Source: a virus
Direction: 5' to 3' (one strand)
DNA length: 64,000 nucleotides
IMG/VR virus record: IMGVR_UViG_3300002835_000047
Coordinates: 32,001 to 96,000 of that record
Position 1 is the stretch's first letter; each line of letters begins with the position of its first letter. The notes under the pieces were generated by a model. The model did no database searches. It saw only the letters and a program-made list of their open reading frames with translations, and was not told the origin of the DNA. Below are positions 48,902-58,407 of this stretch, in pieces. Position numbers and translations under genes: made by a program.

Positions 48902-49411
48902 TTAATTCCAGTCAATTTTAGGACAGTACTTGTAATAGGTTGCTTTAACCATTTCAACAATGATATTAGAACGTTTTTCTTCTTTCGGTAGATTTCTTCT
49001 TTTTCTTTCTTTTATTTTTTTTCCGAGGTAATAAATAAACGAAGAAACACCAATAATTAAACCTCCGGCCCATGCAGCAAAACCAATCTCAATTAAACTT
49101 TTTAAAAAAGAACCTTTAACCGGTGTGTACCAAAATAACATAATGGGACTGAGAGCTGCAATTAGACATACAATTGAAGCAGAAAAAATAATCCAACAAA
49201 CGAAACCAAGACCAATTCTATGACCAAGTGATTCGTTACACGAATTTTTATCTATAATAATATAAGGAAAAGAAATAATAAATAGTGGAATTACGAATAC
49301 ATAAGCCATTACCAATTTCCAAAAGTATGGACATAAATTGGTTGGAAGTTCACTTGTTCCGTAAAACCAACGGAAGAGTTTTGCTGAGATTGAGTTTTTG
49401 TTGAGTTTCAT
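48902..49411 (-). CDS. Membrane protein, 169 aa
   Basis: Three hydrophobic segments; near-repeated NLCPYFW / KYCPKIDW motifs. Confidence 0.65.
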   Translation of the reverse strand: MKLNKNSISAKLFRWFYGTSELPTNLCPYFWKLVMAYVFVIPLFIISFPYIIIDKNSCNESLGHRIGLGFVCWIIFSASIVCLIAALSPIMLFWYTPVKGSFLKSLIEIGFAAWAGGLIIGVSSFIYYLGKKIKERKRRNLPKEEKRSNIIVEMVKATYYKYCPKIDWN

Positions 49412-49455
49412 ATTTTTACTAGTTTAAATTTTTCATCACCAATGTTTTCATACTT

Positions 49456-50112
49456 TCATTTTTTATTTTGTAATTCTTTTAAATAATCTATATAATCATC
49501 CAAATCCATTATTGTATTAAAAGTAGGCTCAATTGCTTTGATTTGTTTAATAGTATCTATTTCTTTACCAGATCTGTAATAATGAGTCTCAATAGCATCT
49601 GCTAAGTCTTGAATGTATTTTGGTGCAGCAACTGAGATTCTTAAATCATACCAAGACCATTTTGTTTTATAATCTGTGAATGTAATTCCTTTAGTTAGTT
49701 TTCTATGTAAGTTGTGTAGTGTCCTATTACGAACTCTTACAATAGAATTATCGTTACCAAATACTTGAAGGAATCTAAGAAACCAACGTGGGCACCACCA
49801 AGGTTTTGCCTCATAATCCATAGCTAAAACCAATGGAACCATAACTTTATGATAGTTATTGTAATCAGGCACAGAACCTAAATAACCATACTTTTCAGAA
49901 AATCTTCTAGGAAAGAAAATATAACGGATATCATCCCACTCTACATCACGAGTATGAATTATACCTTTCTTTCTACTTCTCCAAAATAAGAGAGATTGTC
50001 CAAAGTCTTTGACTTTATCAATAAGTGTACGATTGTCCTTAAAAGGACCAAATTTACTTTTTTTCATAGCAAAAGGGTCTGAATCATATAAGTCAGGATT
50101 AATTTGTGTCAT
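49456..50112 (-). CDS. Hypothetical protein, 218 aa
   Basis: Long ORF in the operon; AKPWWCPRWFLRFL. Confidence 0.65.
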   Translation of the reverse strand: MTQINPDLYDSDPFAMKKSKFGPFKDNRTLIDKVKDFGQSLLFWRSRKKGIIHTRDVEWDDIRYIFFPRRFSEKYGYLGSVPDYNNYHKVMVPLVLAMDYEAKPWWCPRWFLRFLQVFGNDNSIVRVRNRTLHNLHRKLTKGITFTDYKTKWSWYDLRISVAAPKYIQDLADAIETHYYRSGKEIDTIKQIKAIEPTFNTIMDLDDYIDYLKELQNKK

Positions 50113-50752
50113 TATTATTTAAAATTTCAAGTAAAGATTTAATTTTAGATTTTAATTTTTTTAAATCACCGTCATTTTCAATAACATAATCAAAGTCATA
50201 TCCATCTAAAGCTGTTTCACTTGGATGATCATTAATAACTTTAACTATATGGTTGCTATGACTAGGGCGGTTAACCCTAATCACAATACCACCTTTTTCT
50301 TTGATTGCTTTAAACTCATTTGGAAATCTAACATCTGTAATAATCCAATACTGATCTTTTGTATAATCTGAAAAGAGAGCATTTACCCAAACATTTTCAT
50401 GAAGACCATTTCGCATAGCTTCTGTTCCAAGTTTTTGTAATAAATCTCTTACAGACATCATCTCAATAACTGTAATATCTTTAAAAGGTTCAATTGCACT
50501 GAGGGGATTTTGTTTATTAGGCTTACCCCATTCAGATCCAAGAATTGTTTTTTTAAATTCTTGATCTTCAAACTTTTCTATGGGAATTCCAGTAAGTAAA
50601 CTAGCAACTGCTTTTAATTTACCGGCAAATTTCATATTTTGCCAAACCTTACCATTAGGTAATGTATAAGTTTCTTTAATGATATTATAAATAGTGTCTT
50701 TACCAGAACCTATTTTGCCGCTAATCCCTATTAATTTTAACTTGTTTTTCAT
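50099..50752 (-). CDS. Deoxynucleoside monophosphate kinase
   Basis: IGISGKIGSGKDT P-loop, RDLLQKLGTE, IITDVRFPNE, HPSETALD. Confidence 0.9.
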   Translation of the reverse strand: MKNKLKLIGISGKIGSGKDTIYNIIKETYTLPNGKVWQNMKFAGKLKAVASLLTGIPIEKFEDQEFKKTILGSEWGKPNKQNPLSAIEPFKDITVIEMMSVRDLLQKLGTEAMRNGLHENVWVNALFSDYTKDQYWIITDVRFPNEFKAIKEKGGIVIRVNRPSHSNHIVKVINDHPSETALDGYDFDYVIENDGDLKKLKSKIKSLLEILNNNDTN

Positions 50753-51104
50753 TGTTTATAACCGTTTTAATTTCAGTTAAAATTTTATCCATTTGTTCTG
50801 AAATTAGTTTATTTACTTTATTTGTGCTTCCAGGCACATAACACTCACTCAAAACTCGATATGTTGATTTTAATTCATTTAATTTTGCTTCATGTTCAGG
50901 AGTTTTTTTTTCTTCTGTATGATTTTTATGCTTAATTTCTATAGCGTCATCTAAAGAAAAATCCATTCCTTTTTCATGCAGCTTTGCAAAAACATCTTGA
51001 ATAGTTGCTACAGTTGTCAAGTCGTCAATATAAATATTACTCATTACAAGAGCTGTTTTTACAAACTCAGGTTTCAGGGTCCTTAATGGATATGTTGTTT
51101 TCAT
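50721..51104 (-). CDS. Hypothetical protein (probable start MKTTYP at 51104)
   Basis: ORF 50721..51128 in the track; internal ATG reduces overlap. Confidence 0.5.
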   Translation of the reverse strand: MKTTYPLRTLKPEFVKTALVMSNIYIDDLTTVATIQDVFAKLHEKGMDFSLDDAIEIKHKNHTEEKKTPEHEAKLNELKSTYRVLSECYVPGSTNKVNKLISEQMDKILTEIKTVINNEKQVKINRD

Positions 51105-51477
51105 GTCTGTATTGAAGTTCTTTATCAATAAGTTTTAAGTGCCATTCATCACCACCATATGCCAAAACAGATTTAAGATGTTCATCAGTCATTTCAGCAA
51201 GTGTTAACCAGGTAAGTGGTTCTTTGCCATTCTTACCTCTTGAGCCACGTGTAGCATACAGCCTTACCTTTTCAAAAGGTTCATCTGCATATACTACAAA
51301 GGGCTTAATTAATTTTAAGTCTAAAGCGCCGTAGCGCAAATACGTTGTACCACCATCAATACTTGCCATGTTACTACAACCACAAGTTTTGTAATCATGA
51401 CGATGATAACTAACAATGGTTGTAGAACATATTGAGCAAGTAAGTGAATTATATACAATTTGTCTATTCTCAATCAT
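51067..51477 (-). CDS. Zn-ribbon phage protein, 136 aa
   Basis: CSIC...HRHDYKTCGC...IDGG. Confidence 0.7.
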   Translation of the reverse strand: MIENRQIVYNSLTCSICSTTIVSYHRHDYKTCGCSNMASIDGGTTYLRYGALDLKLIKPFVVYADEPFEKVRLYATRGSRGKNGKEPLTWLTLAEMTDEHLKSVLAYGGDEWHLKLIDKELQYRHENNISIKDPET

Positions 51478-51572
51478 TAAATTGATACTAGAAAAGATAA
51501 AGAAAACATTACAAGCAAATAAATTATTAAATAAATAGCCTGTTTAAGATCATGTTTTAAAAAATCATTCAT
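51477..51572 (-). CDS. 31-aa single-TM micropeptide (not in the ORF track)
   Basis: MNDFLKHDLKQAIYLIIYLLVMFSLSFLVSI*; TAATG-coupled at both ends. Confidence 0.6.
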   Translation of the reverse strand: MNDFLKHDLKQAIYLIIYLLVMFSLSFLVSI

Positions 51573-51874
51573 TATTTATCTTTTACAAATTGGCCATTTA
51601 CCATTTTACCGGTACGTTTACTTATTACATTATAAGCAGACTCAAGGCAATCTTCTAATTTAAGATTTTGCATTTTAGCCTGGATAATTAAAGTAACCAT
51701 GATATCGCCCATTGAATCAATGATTTCATCACGGTCATTTGTGTTTACTGCTCTACAAAACTCTGTGGTTTCTTCCAAAGTTTTGAGAGCTTGAGCCATA
51801 GGTGTAGCCTTTGATAAGATCCCTTTTTCAGAGGCCCATTCTTCTACAGCACATTCTAATTCAAAATAATCCAT
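51572..51874 (-). CDS. MazG-like nucleoside triphosphate pyrophosphohydrolase, 100 aa
   Basis: KTLEETTE...DSMGDIMVTL...AYNVISKRTGKMVNGQFVKD. Confidence 0.85.
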   Translation of the reverse strand: MDYFELECAVEEWASEKGILSKATPMAQALKTLEETTEFCRAVNTNDRDEIIDSMGDIMVTLIIQAKMQNLKLEDCLESAYNVISKRTGKMVNGQFVKDK

Positions 51875-51875
51875 A

Positions 51876-53879
51876 TTAAAATAGTTTAAGTTGTTGTGAT
51901 TTGTAATTAATTATATTTTCTATTTCTGATTCAATTAACTGAAAATAATAGTTTTGATTTATTTTATATAAATCCCATTTTGGTTTAATTTCTATTTTGT
52001 TAAATAGTACTTGCATCCATTGACCGGCTTCTAATTGTATTTCTCTACCATCTTCTTTATTTATCTTGGTTATTTTACAAGATTCTAGGTGGTCACTTTT
52101 AGAAATATAATATCTATTAATCTTTTGAATTTCTTTTTCAAAATAAGAGTTATCTTTTACAAATCGTGCAACTTGTTTCCACTGTCCTTTAGACTTTTTT
52201 CCTATACAGTAGTCCAAAATATTTTTATTACTTTCCAAGTAATCATTAGGTAAAATATTATGTATAAAATAATAGTATATAGCTTTACGTACAATTAGTG
52301 TTGATTTGTTTTTATGGAGCGCTAAGTTATGAAAATCAAACCTACCTGTTAATTTACAAGGAGCATACATATATTTAGAGTCTTCAACTTTAAATAAATA
52401 ATGCGGAAATTCTTTTTTTAGTTTTCCCCATTCATATAAATCAATCTCTTTGTAATTATTTAAAGCAATATAATTATTTACATCACTCAAAATAAGTGTT
52501 TGATATTCATTATGTTCTAATTTAAGATTCGTTATTTGTTCCCATTTATGACATATTTCCATATATTTTTCATAATATATTCTAGGAATTTTAGTTTCTA
52601 TACCATCTGTATTTTGCATTAATGCTTGTGCCTCAGGAATATTTTCCATAATCATTTCATAGAGCATCATAAGATTAAGCTGCCCGTTAACTGTTACTTT
52701 CATAGTAAACTCCGGATCATAAAAGAAACTGTCTTTTTCATTACTTAAACCAAATGTAGAATTTAGAACGATTTTGAAAACATAGTTCATAATATCCTTT
52801 TTTGGAATTTTAACTCTTTCATTAAAAAACCATTCATATTGATCACAAAACTCTTTTGTAGGAAAGTGCCCTGGAGCCCAAGAATTCTTAATTGCTAAAT
52901 TAGGATAAAAGCTTATTACATCAGACGTTATAATTACATAATCTTTATCTGATTTATATACACCTGATTTATTTGCAGCATGTACACCACCTAAGCCAAA
53001 ATGAGTGGTTACATTTTTGTATTTCATTGAATATTTAAAACTGCCTTTTAGATTATCAGCCTTTACTTCTATTGTTTTAAATTTATCTAAAAGGGACTTA
53101 AACTCTTTTGACTCAAATTGTATATAGTTTAAAATTAAATCTGATAGTTTGATAGTAGTTCTATAACTACGCATCTTTTTAATATCCTTTTTAGGAATAT
53201 TTAGTTTTTGAGATAAGTAGTATAAAAAAATTTCTTTACTTATTCTAGGCTCTGATGCGCTAAATAAGTTAACATCATATTTTTTACTTAAATCTTTTCT
53301 TAATTTTATTTGAGATTGAGATTGGTTGTAAATTTCTTTAGTTGATAAAACGTCATTTGCACAATAATCAATAATTGTATTTATTTCTGTTTCAGTTGTA
53401 ATTATAGTTTCATGGTGAATGGGCATTTCTAAAATATTATCCCAATCCATACTATACTGTATCCATTTTAAACTAGATAGTTTTTGAGGATTATCCCAGT
53501 GATTCATTTTAAATAGGTCAATTTGACCTATTTTCATTTTAAAGGGTGCATAATCTTGAAACTCTTTGTTGTCGTTTTTATTAATGCATTTTGCAGCATA
53601 AAGATGAATTATTTCAGCTATTTCGCAACCGGTTAAATTTTGCCATAGCTTATAATTATCTAAAATATAATGTGTGATTTGGCTGTCAAAGGCCAGACCA
53701 TTATATGATATATGCCATTCTTTATTTTCTTTATTCTTTATTATAAAATTAACAAAGTTTTCAAATTCATTTCTGAGATCATGAACAACAAAAACTTTTC
53801 TTTCAGAATTTTTATAGTGCTCAAAAACTGCAACAAAACAGTTTTTCAGCGTTTCGTAGTCCATTACCCAATGATTCAT
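51876..53879 (-). CDS. Family B DNA polymerase with 3'-5' exonuclease
   Basis: Exo I MDYET; motif A SDVISFYPN; motif B FKIVLNSTFG; motif C QNTDGI. Confidence 0.92.
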   Translation of the reverse strand: MNHWVMDYETLKNCFVAVFEHYKNSERKVFVVHDLRNEFENFVNFIIKNKENKEWHISYNGLAFDSQITHYILDNYKLWQNLTGCEIAEIIHLYAAKCINKNDNKEFQDYAPFKMKIGQIDLFKMNHWDNPQKLSSLKWIQYSMDWDNILEMPIHHETIITTETEINTIIDYCANDVLSTKEIYNQSQSQIKLRKDLSKKYDVNLFSASEPRISKEIFLYYLSQKLNIPKKDIKKMRSYRTTIKLSDLILNYIQFESKEFKSLLDKFKTIEVKADNLKGSFKYSMKYKNVTTHFGLGGVHAANKSGVYKSDKDYVIITSDVISFYPNLAIKNSWAPGHFPTKEFCDQYEWFFNERVKIPKKDIMNYVFKIVLNSTFGLSNEKDSFFYDPEFTMKVTVNGQLNLMMLYEMIMENIPEAQALMQNTDGIETKIPRIYYEKYMEICHKWEQITNLKLEHNEYQTLILSDVNNYIALNNYKEIDLYEWGKLKKEFPHYLFKVEDSKYMYAPCKLTGRFDFHNLALHKNKSTLIVRKAIYYYFIHNILPNDYLESNKNILDYCIGKKSKGQWKQVARFVKDNSYFEKEIQKINRYYISKSDHLESCKITKINKEDGREIQLEAGQWMQVLFNKIEIKPKWDLYKINQNYYFQLIESEIENIINYKSQQLKLF

Positions 53880-53882
53880 CCA

Positions 53883-54269
53883 TTACTTTTTATATATTTC
53901 TTTTATGTGACTATCTATTGGAATTGGATCACCATTTTCATCAATTCGTACAAACTTAATATTTGTTGATAATATTACAGTTTGCGCACCAGAATATATA
54001 TTATGAGCCCTAGCTTCCATATAAAAAGTCATACTTGTATTTCCAACTTCTTTTACATCTCCATAAATTTTAATTAATTGACCTTCTTTTGCAGATCTTT
54101 TAAAAATGCATTTGTCAATCATTACGGTTACCATTCTAGGTGTATTACATATTTCCATAGCAAATGCAGCGGCGGCAGAGTCTAGCCAAGCTAGCAACTT
54201 GCCGCCGAATAAATTTGCATGAAAACCTAAATCAGACTTTTTAACCGGATGAGTGGTTATCAAGTTCAT
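53883..54269 (-). CDS. Acyl-CoA thioesterase (hotdog fold, YciA-like)
   Basis: DLGFHANLFGGKLLAWLDSAAA, VGNTSM, FVRIDENGDPIP. Confidence 0.88.
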   Translation of the reverse strand: MNLITTHPVKKSDLGFHANLFGGKLLAWLDSAAAAFAMEICNTPRMVTVMIDKCIFKRSAKEGQLIKIYGDVKEVGNTSMTFYMEARAHNIYSGAQTVILSTNIKFVRIDENGDPIPIDSHIKEIYKK

Positions 54270-54271
54270 AA

Positions 54272-54691
54272 CTAAATTTCTAGGTTGCTCTTTAATTTAG
54301 TTTCATTTACATCTACAAAGTAACGTGAAATATCAAAATCTTCACTGTTCACAGCAAACAAATATACAAACTGTACAATTTCATCTTTTTCTTTAATATA
54401 AATTTCAGAAAAAGTTTCAATTTGTAATCTTTGCTCTTTAACAACTTTGCCGGTTTCTGAATTTGGAAACTTTAATTTCATTGGCTGTCCTTCATCATCT
54501 AATCTAGGAACCATATGTAAAGCTTCTTTTTTTACTTTACTTATTACAGCTAGAACACCTGATGATGGATCATACATTGCTTCAACATAAGGACAATCCA
54601 AAGTTAAGGGAATTAAACTAAAAGAGTTTAAACCCCTAAATGCTGTACTAATAAGCATCATATTTTTTCCAAATGTGGCTTTTTCTTTCAT
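54272..54691 (-). CDS. Conserved hypothetical protein, 139 aa
   Basis: ORF with upstream promoter element; DCPYVEAMYDP. Confidence 0.65.
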   Translation of the reverse strand: MKEKATFGKNMMLISTAFRGLNSFSLIPLTLDCPYVEAMYDPSSGVLAVISKVKKEALHMVPRLDDEGQPMKLKFPNSETGKVVKEQRLQIETFSEIYIKEKDEIVQFVYLFAVNSEDFDISRYFVDVNETKLKSNLEI

Positions 54692-54706
54692 TGTGTGTGT
54701 TTTTTT

Positions 54707-54716
54707 TACAAATATA
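54707..54716 (-). promoter_or_regulatory. Bacteroidota-type -7 promoter element TATATTTGTA
   Basis: Matches TAnnTTTG in the intergenic gap upstream of 54691 (operon leading to thioesterase and PolB). Confidence 0.5.
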
Positions 54717-54724
54717 TAGAAATA

Positions 54725-55276
54725 TTATAGTTTAATTTCTTTTTCTTGTAAAATTTTTTCTTTAAAACATTCTTTTTCAAAATCAGGCTTACTGCAGATT
54801 TCATGTACCTCTCTAATTAGCTTAATATCAACTCCTAAGTTTTCTGCATACATTTCATGATAGTTACCTGGATCTAAAAAACTTTTAATATACTCTGAAA
54901 TTTTACCATAGTCTGCAAAATAATTTAAAATTATTTCTTTGGATTTCATAGACATTTTAGAATAATGACCATTGACAAATTGATTAAAATCATATCTATA
55001 ACTTTTAAAGTTAAAAATATAGACTTGCTTATCAACTAAATTATAATAAGATTCTAATAAATTATGGTTTTTCAAATACTTTGTTTCAAAGTTTTTAAAA
55101 TCTAAAGTCATTTCACATTTATATACACATATAAACTTATAATCTGAAATTTGTATGAATTCGTCCCAGCAGATAAATGTATCTGCCGGAACAAACTCAA
55201 TGCTTTTCTTAAACTTTAATAAAGGATAAAGAAAAACTTTACTTTTTTGAAAATAAGATGTATATATAATGTTCAT
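54725..55276 (-). CDS. Conserved hypothetical protein, 183 aa
   Basis: YFQKSKVFLYPLL; tightly packed in the operon. Confidence 0.65.
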   Translation of the reverse strand: MNIIYTSYFQKSKVFLYPLLKFKKSIEFVPADTFICWDEFIQISDYKFICVYKCEMTLDFKNFETKYLKNHNLLESYYNLVDKQVYIFNFKSYRYDFNQFVNGHYSKMSMKSKEIILNYFADYGKISEYIKSFLDPGNYHEMYAENLGVDIKLIREVHEICSKPDFEKECFKEKILQEKEIKL

Positions 55277-55277
55277 A

Positions 55278-56282
55278 TTATAATTTAACTTTACTTATTA
55301 AGTATTTGTAAGGTAAAGTATAATTATTATTATCGTAATGATATGATGCAACATTTTTAATTATATTATTTAGATTATCTGTCCAAGTGACGTTAAGTGT
55401 AGAATGATCAACTTCAAATGGATATATTTGATTATACTTATCGATAACTACAAATATAAATATGACTTTATAATTTTGCTTTTCTTTAGGTAAATTTTCA
55501 TATACTAACTTATTATATATTGCGGCCTGGAGTCCATAGTTATAATAATTTACGGATTCTGGAAAATCATCAATTGTTTTACTTGTAGTTTTTAAATCTA
55601 AAATTGTAACTGTTTTTGTACTATCATCAATTTTGTAAAAATCAACATAACCTTTTAAACCAAAATTAACATGTTTTAAATCACATTCTAAATATTTTTC
55701 CTTAAATGTTTCTATAGAATCTAAAGGGAAATCTGTTTGTGCTTCGCCTATCAGACTTTTAATTTCCTCATTACTCTTTATAAGTTCAACTTGTTCTTGA
55801 CATTTAGTTAGTGTTTCTTGATCTAATACATCTACTTTAGGATTATTAATAAATTTCCAGTATTCTAAATTTTCTTTAGATTGAATTTTAGATAATCTTG
55901 CAGAATCTTCATTAAGCGATTGATATAAATTTTCTTCTTTTAATATCCTTAATATTGGCTCTTCAAGTTCTTTATCCATAAGGTCAATCTCGTTGCTCTC
56001 ATGCTGCATTAACAATGAATTTGCCAGTTTTTGCATGATTTTTCGTACATTATCAGTGGGTAATTTACCCGGAATAACTTTAAATTTTTTATTTAAATTT
56101 TCCGGTTCAAACAATAAACAGTGCAAGACTTTACCTTCAATTAAATGCTTGTCTAATCTCTCTTGTTTTTGTTTAAGTATATAGTCCTTATAAAATAAAG
56201 AAGGACAAAATAAAAGTTTATTTAAGGATGAATAACTAAACTTAAATGGATTTGCGTAAAATTCTTTTTCTTCGTTGGTCAT
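55278..56282 (-). CDS. PD-(D/E)XK exonuclease (RecE/ExoVIII-like)
   Basis: FSYSSLN, LKGYVDFYKID...ILDLKTT, YNYGLQAAIY. Confidence 0.85.
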   Translation of the reverse strand: MTNEEKEFYANPFKFSYSSLNKLLFCPSLFYKDYILKQKQERLDKHLIEGKVLHCLLFEPENLNKKFKVIPGKLPTDNVRKIMQKLANSLLMQHESNEIDLMDKELEEPILRILKEENLYQSLNEDSARLSKIQSKENLEYWKFINNPKVDVLDQETLTKCQEQVELIKSNEEIKSLIGEAQTDFPLDSIETFKEKYLECDLKHVNFGLKGYVDFYKIDDSTKTVTILDLKTTSKTIDDFPESVNYYNYGLQAAIYNKLVYENLPKEKQNYKVIFIFVVIDKYNQIYPFEVDHSTLNVTWTDNLNNIIKNVASYHYDNNNYTLPYKYLISKVKL

Positions 56283-57403
56283 GGGATTCTATTGATTAAT
56301 TCATTTTTAATATTAGACTTTAACTTTACATTTTCAATTGTAAATTCAAAAACTGATTCATCAAAACCTACAGACTTTTGCATAAACCTCAATACTTTTT
56401 CAGATGTGATTTTAAAAGCAAATTCTGTTAGTTTCTTATCTTCACTTAGCGCTTGTAAGAAATTTGAAAACATAGTTAACCGAGAATACTCATTCGCTCT
56501 TACATATTTAGAAAAATGAGCTCTTAAAGTTTTTACATTTATACTATTCCAGATATCAGAATTAAGTTTAAAATGATTACTGTGTGACCATAATAAAGCA
56601 GCAACTATATCAAAAGATTTTTCATAATTACAATTAGCTAAAACTGATAATATCATATTTGTATCTGGAATTGATACATTATTATTTTCCAATAAATCAT
56701 TAAAATAATTATAATTATCTTCTGTTAAAGTTATAGCACTTTCATTTGCAAATTTTATAAGATCTTTATCTAATAATAACTTATTACAATTTATTAAATC
56801 ATTATACGTGTCATAATCACTTAATTTAAAAATGTGTGTTCTAAAATATTCAGTTTTTTCTAAATTTAGTAACTCAGATATGTTTTCAGTCGTTTGATTA
56901 CTAAAATGTACTTTAAATGATACACCAATTTCAAATTGTGAATTTTTACTTTGCTCATTTAAAAAATTAATTACCTCGTCAAAAGTTTCATTTAAACGAT
57001 ACTTAGATTTTTTAAATTTATCTAAATTTTTTATAAATTCAGATAATGTAAGCCAACTGCAATGAACACCTGTAAATAATTTAGAAACTGTATCTGGAGA
57101 TATAATAACATATTTAGATTTATTAAGATCTCGTGTTACTGATAAATTATAATCTTTTTTAAGTATTTCTACTTTATCTCTAGGTAATTTAATATCAGAA
57201 GTTCTATAAATTACAGCATCTTTTATATCTGAATTTGTAATATCCAAGGTTTTGATATCTAAAGCCTCATCTAATGAATAACCTTTATTTAAAATAGCAT
57301 AAGTATAAGGATCAGTTTCATTCAAAATACGCAATGAAAGCGTTCCCAGTGTAGAACTAATAGCGGTTGAATAAAATTTTAAAATTTTTATTTTGTTTTT
57401 CAT
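56279..57403 (-). CDS. MoxR-module partner, degenerate BRCT-like domain plus helical domain, 374 aa
   Basis: IKLPRDKV...YNLSVTRDLNKSKYVII resembles BRCT; paralogous to 57400..58404. Confidence 0.5.
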   Translation of the reverse strand: MKNKIKILKFYSTAISSTLGTLSLRILNETDPYTYAILNKGYSLDEALDIKTLDITNSDIKDAVIYRTSDIKLPRDKVEILKKDYNLSVTRDLNKSKYVIISPDTVSKLFTGVHCSWLTLSEFIKNLDKFKKSKYRLNETFDEVINFLNEQSKNSQFEIGVSFKVHFSNQTTENISELLNLEKTEYFRTHIFKLSDYDTYNDLINCNKLLLDKDLIKFANESAITLTEDNYNYFNDLLENNNVSIPDTNMILSVLANCNYEKSFDIVAALLWSHSNHFKLNSDIWNSINVKTLRAHFSKYVRANEYSRLTMFSNFLQALSEDKKLTEFAFKITSEKVLRFMQKSVGFDESVFEFTIENVKLKSNIKNELINRIP

Positions 57404-58404
57404 AAATTTAAATATTCAGGTTTAATTGAAACTGTAAAATTGTAAATCTCACGATTTGTAATGCGTATTTCTTTCCTGGCAACTTTTTCCAAGTAAATAA
57501 AAGCTTCAGAGTTTAAATCATTATTTTTTTTTAATTCTTCTATAAATTCTCCAGGATACAAATGCTTATAGTCATATTTATTATTATCAATCCAAAATTG
57601 TACATCTTTGTTTCTAGTAAATTTATATCTTATATCAGTATCACAAGTTCTGTAAAGCGCCCATAAAAAATGATAATTTTTAGATTGATCAATTGTAGGA
57701 ATTATTTTACCGGCAATTTCTAAATCATCTGTGTTAGAACTAGAAATCATACCTTTTAAAAGATCCAAAAGTTTTTCATCTAAAGCTACTAGATTAGTTG
57801 AGTTATTTAAAATTGAATTAATATTTAAAACATCTTGTACAACATTAGTATCAATAAGGTATGCAATTTCTATTGCTTTACTTTTAACAAGAAACACTTG
57901 GGCATACCAGGTTTTAGTATAACCAAAATTGTTTGCTTTTCTAACAACCCAATCGTGCTTAGAACAAAGTAAACTTTTAGCTTTATTATTATACTTATAA
58001 GAAAAAGCAGAAAATGCATTACCTTTTATAAATAATGATGTTATATTAGGTATAGTTTTACCATGAAACTCAAATTCTAAATTATCATGTGTGATGATAA
58101 AATCAGAGGTCAAATGATTATTTGACAGTTTGAGTTTTTTATTTTTAATTTCATGTTTTACTCTATCTAATGAAACAGGGCATCTATTTAATAAATAACC
58201 AGATTTTAAGTTTGACATTCCATTAGTTATTTTGTCTTTACTTAAAATATTATAAATACGATCATAGTCGTATTCATTTAAAATTATATAAGGCTCACTT
58301 GTATCCATTGTATTAGAAGGCACCTCCATATAGGAGGCACCTTCTAAATTAAAATGGGCTAAAGCATTAAGATTAAATCCTTCATCGTTTTTAGTTAAGC
58401 TCAT
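57400..58404 (-). CDS. MoxR-module partner, degenerate BRCT-like domain plus helical domain, 334 aa
   Basis: CPVSLDRVK...LKLSNNHLTSDFIITH; helical MISSSNTDDLEIA motif. Confidence 0.5.
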   Translation of the reverse strand: MSLTKNDEGFNLNALAHFNLEGASYMEVPSNTMDTSEPYIILNEYDYDRIYNILSKDKITNGMSNLKSGYLLNRCPVSLDRVKHEIKNKKLKLSNNHLTSDFIITHDNLEFEFHGKTIPNITSLFIKGNAFSAFSYKYNNKAKSLLCSKHDWVVRKANNFGYTKTWYAQVFLVKSKAIEIAYLIDTNVVQDVLNINSILNNSTNLVALDEKLLDLLKGMISSSNTDDLEIAGKIIPTIDQSKNYHFLWALYRTCDTDIRYKFTRNKDVQFWIDNNKYDYKHLYPGEFIEELKKNNDLNSEAFIYLEKVARKEIRITNREIYNFTVSIKPEYLNL

Positions 58405-58407
58405 AGT

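Noticed and set aside
49418-49451. 10-codon mini-ORF (MKTLVMKNLN) with the same AAAGTATGAAAACA start context as the gene at 48889
   Set aside because: Too short to support as a gene; may be a gene remnant or chance in A-rich initiation regions
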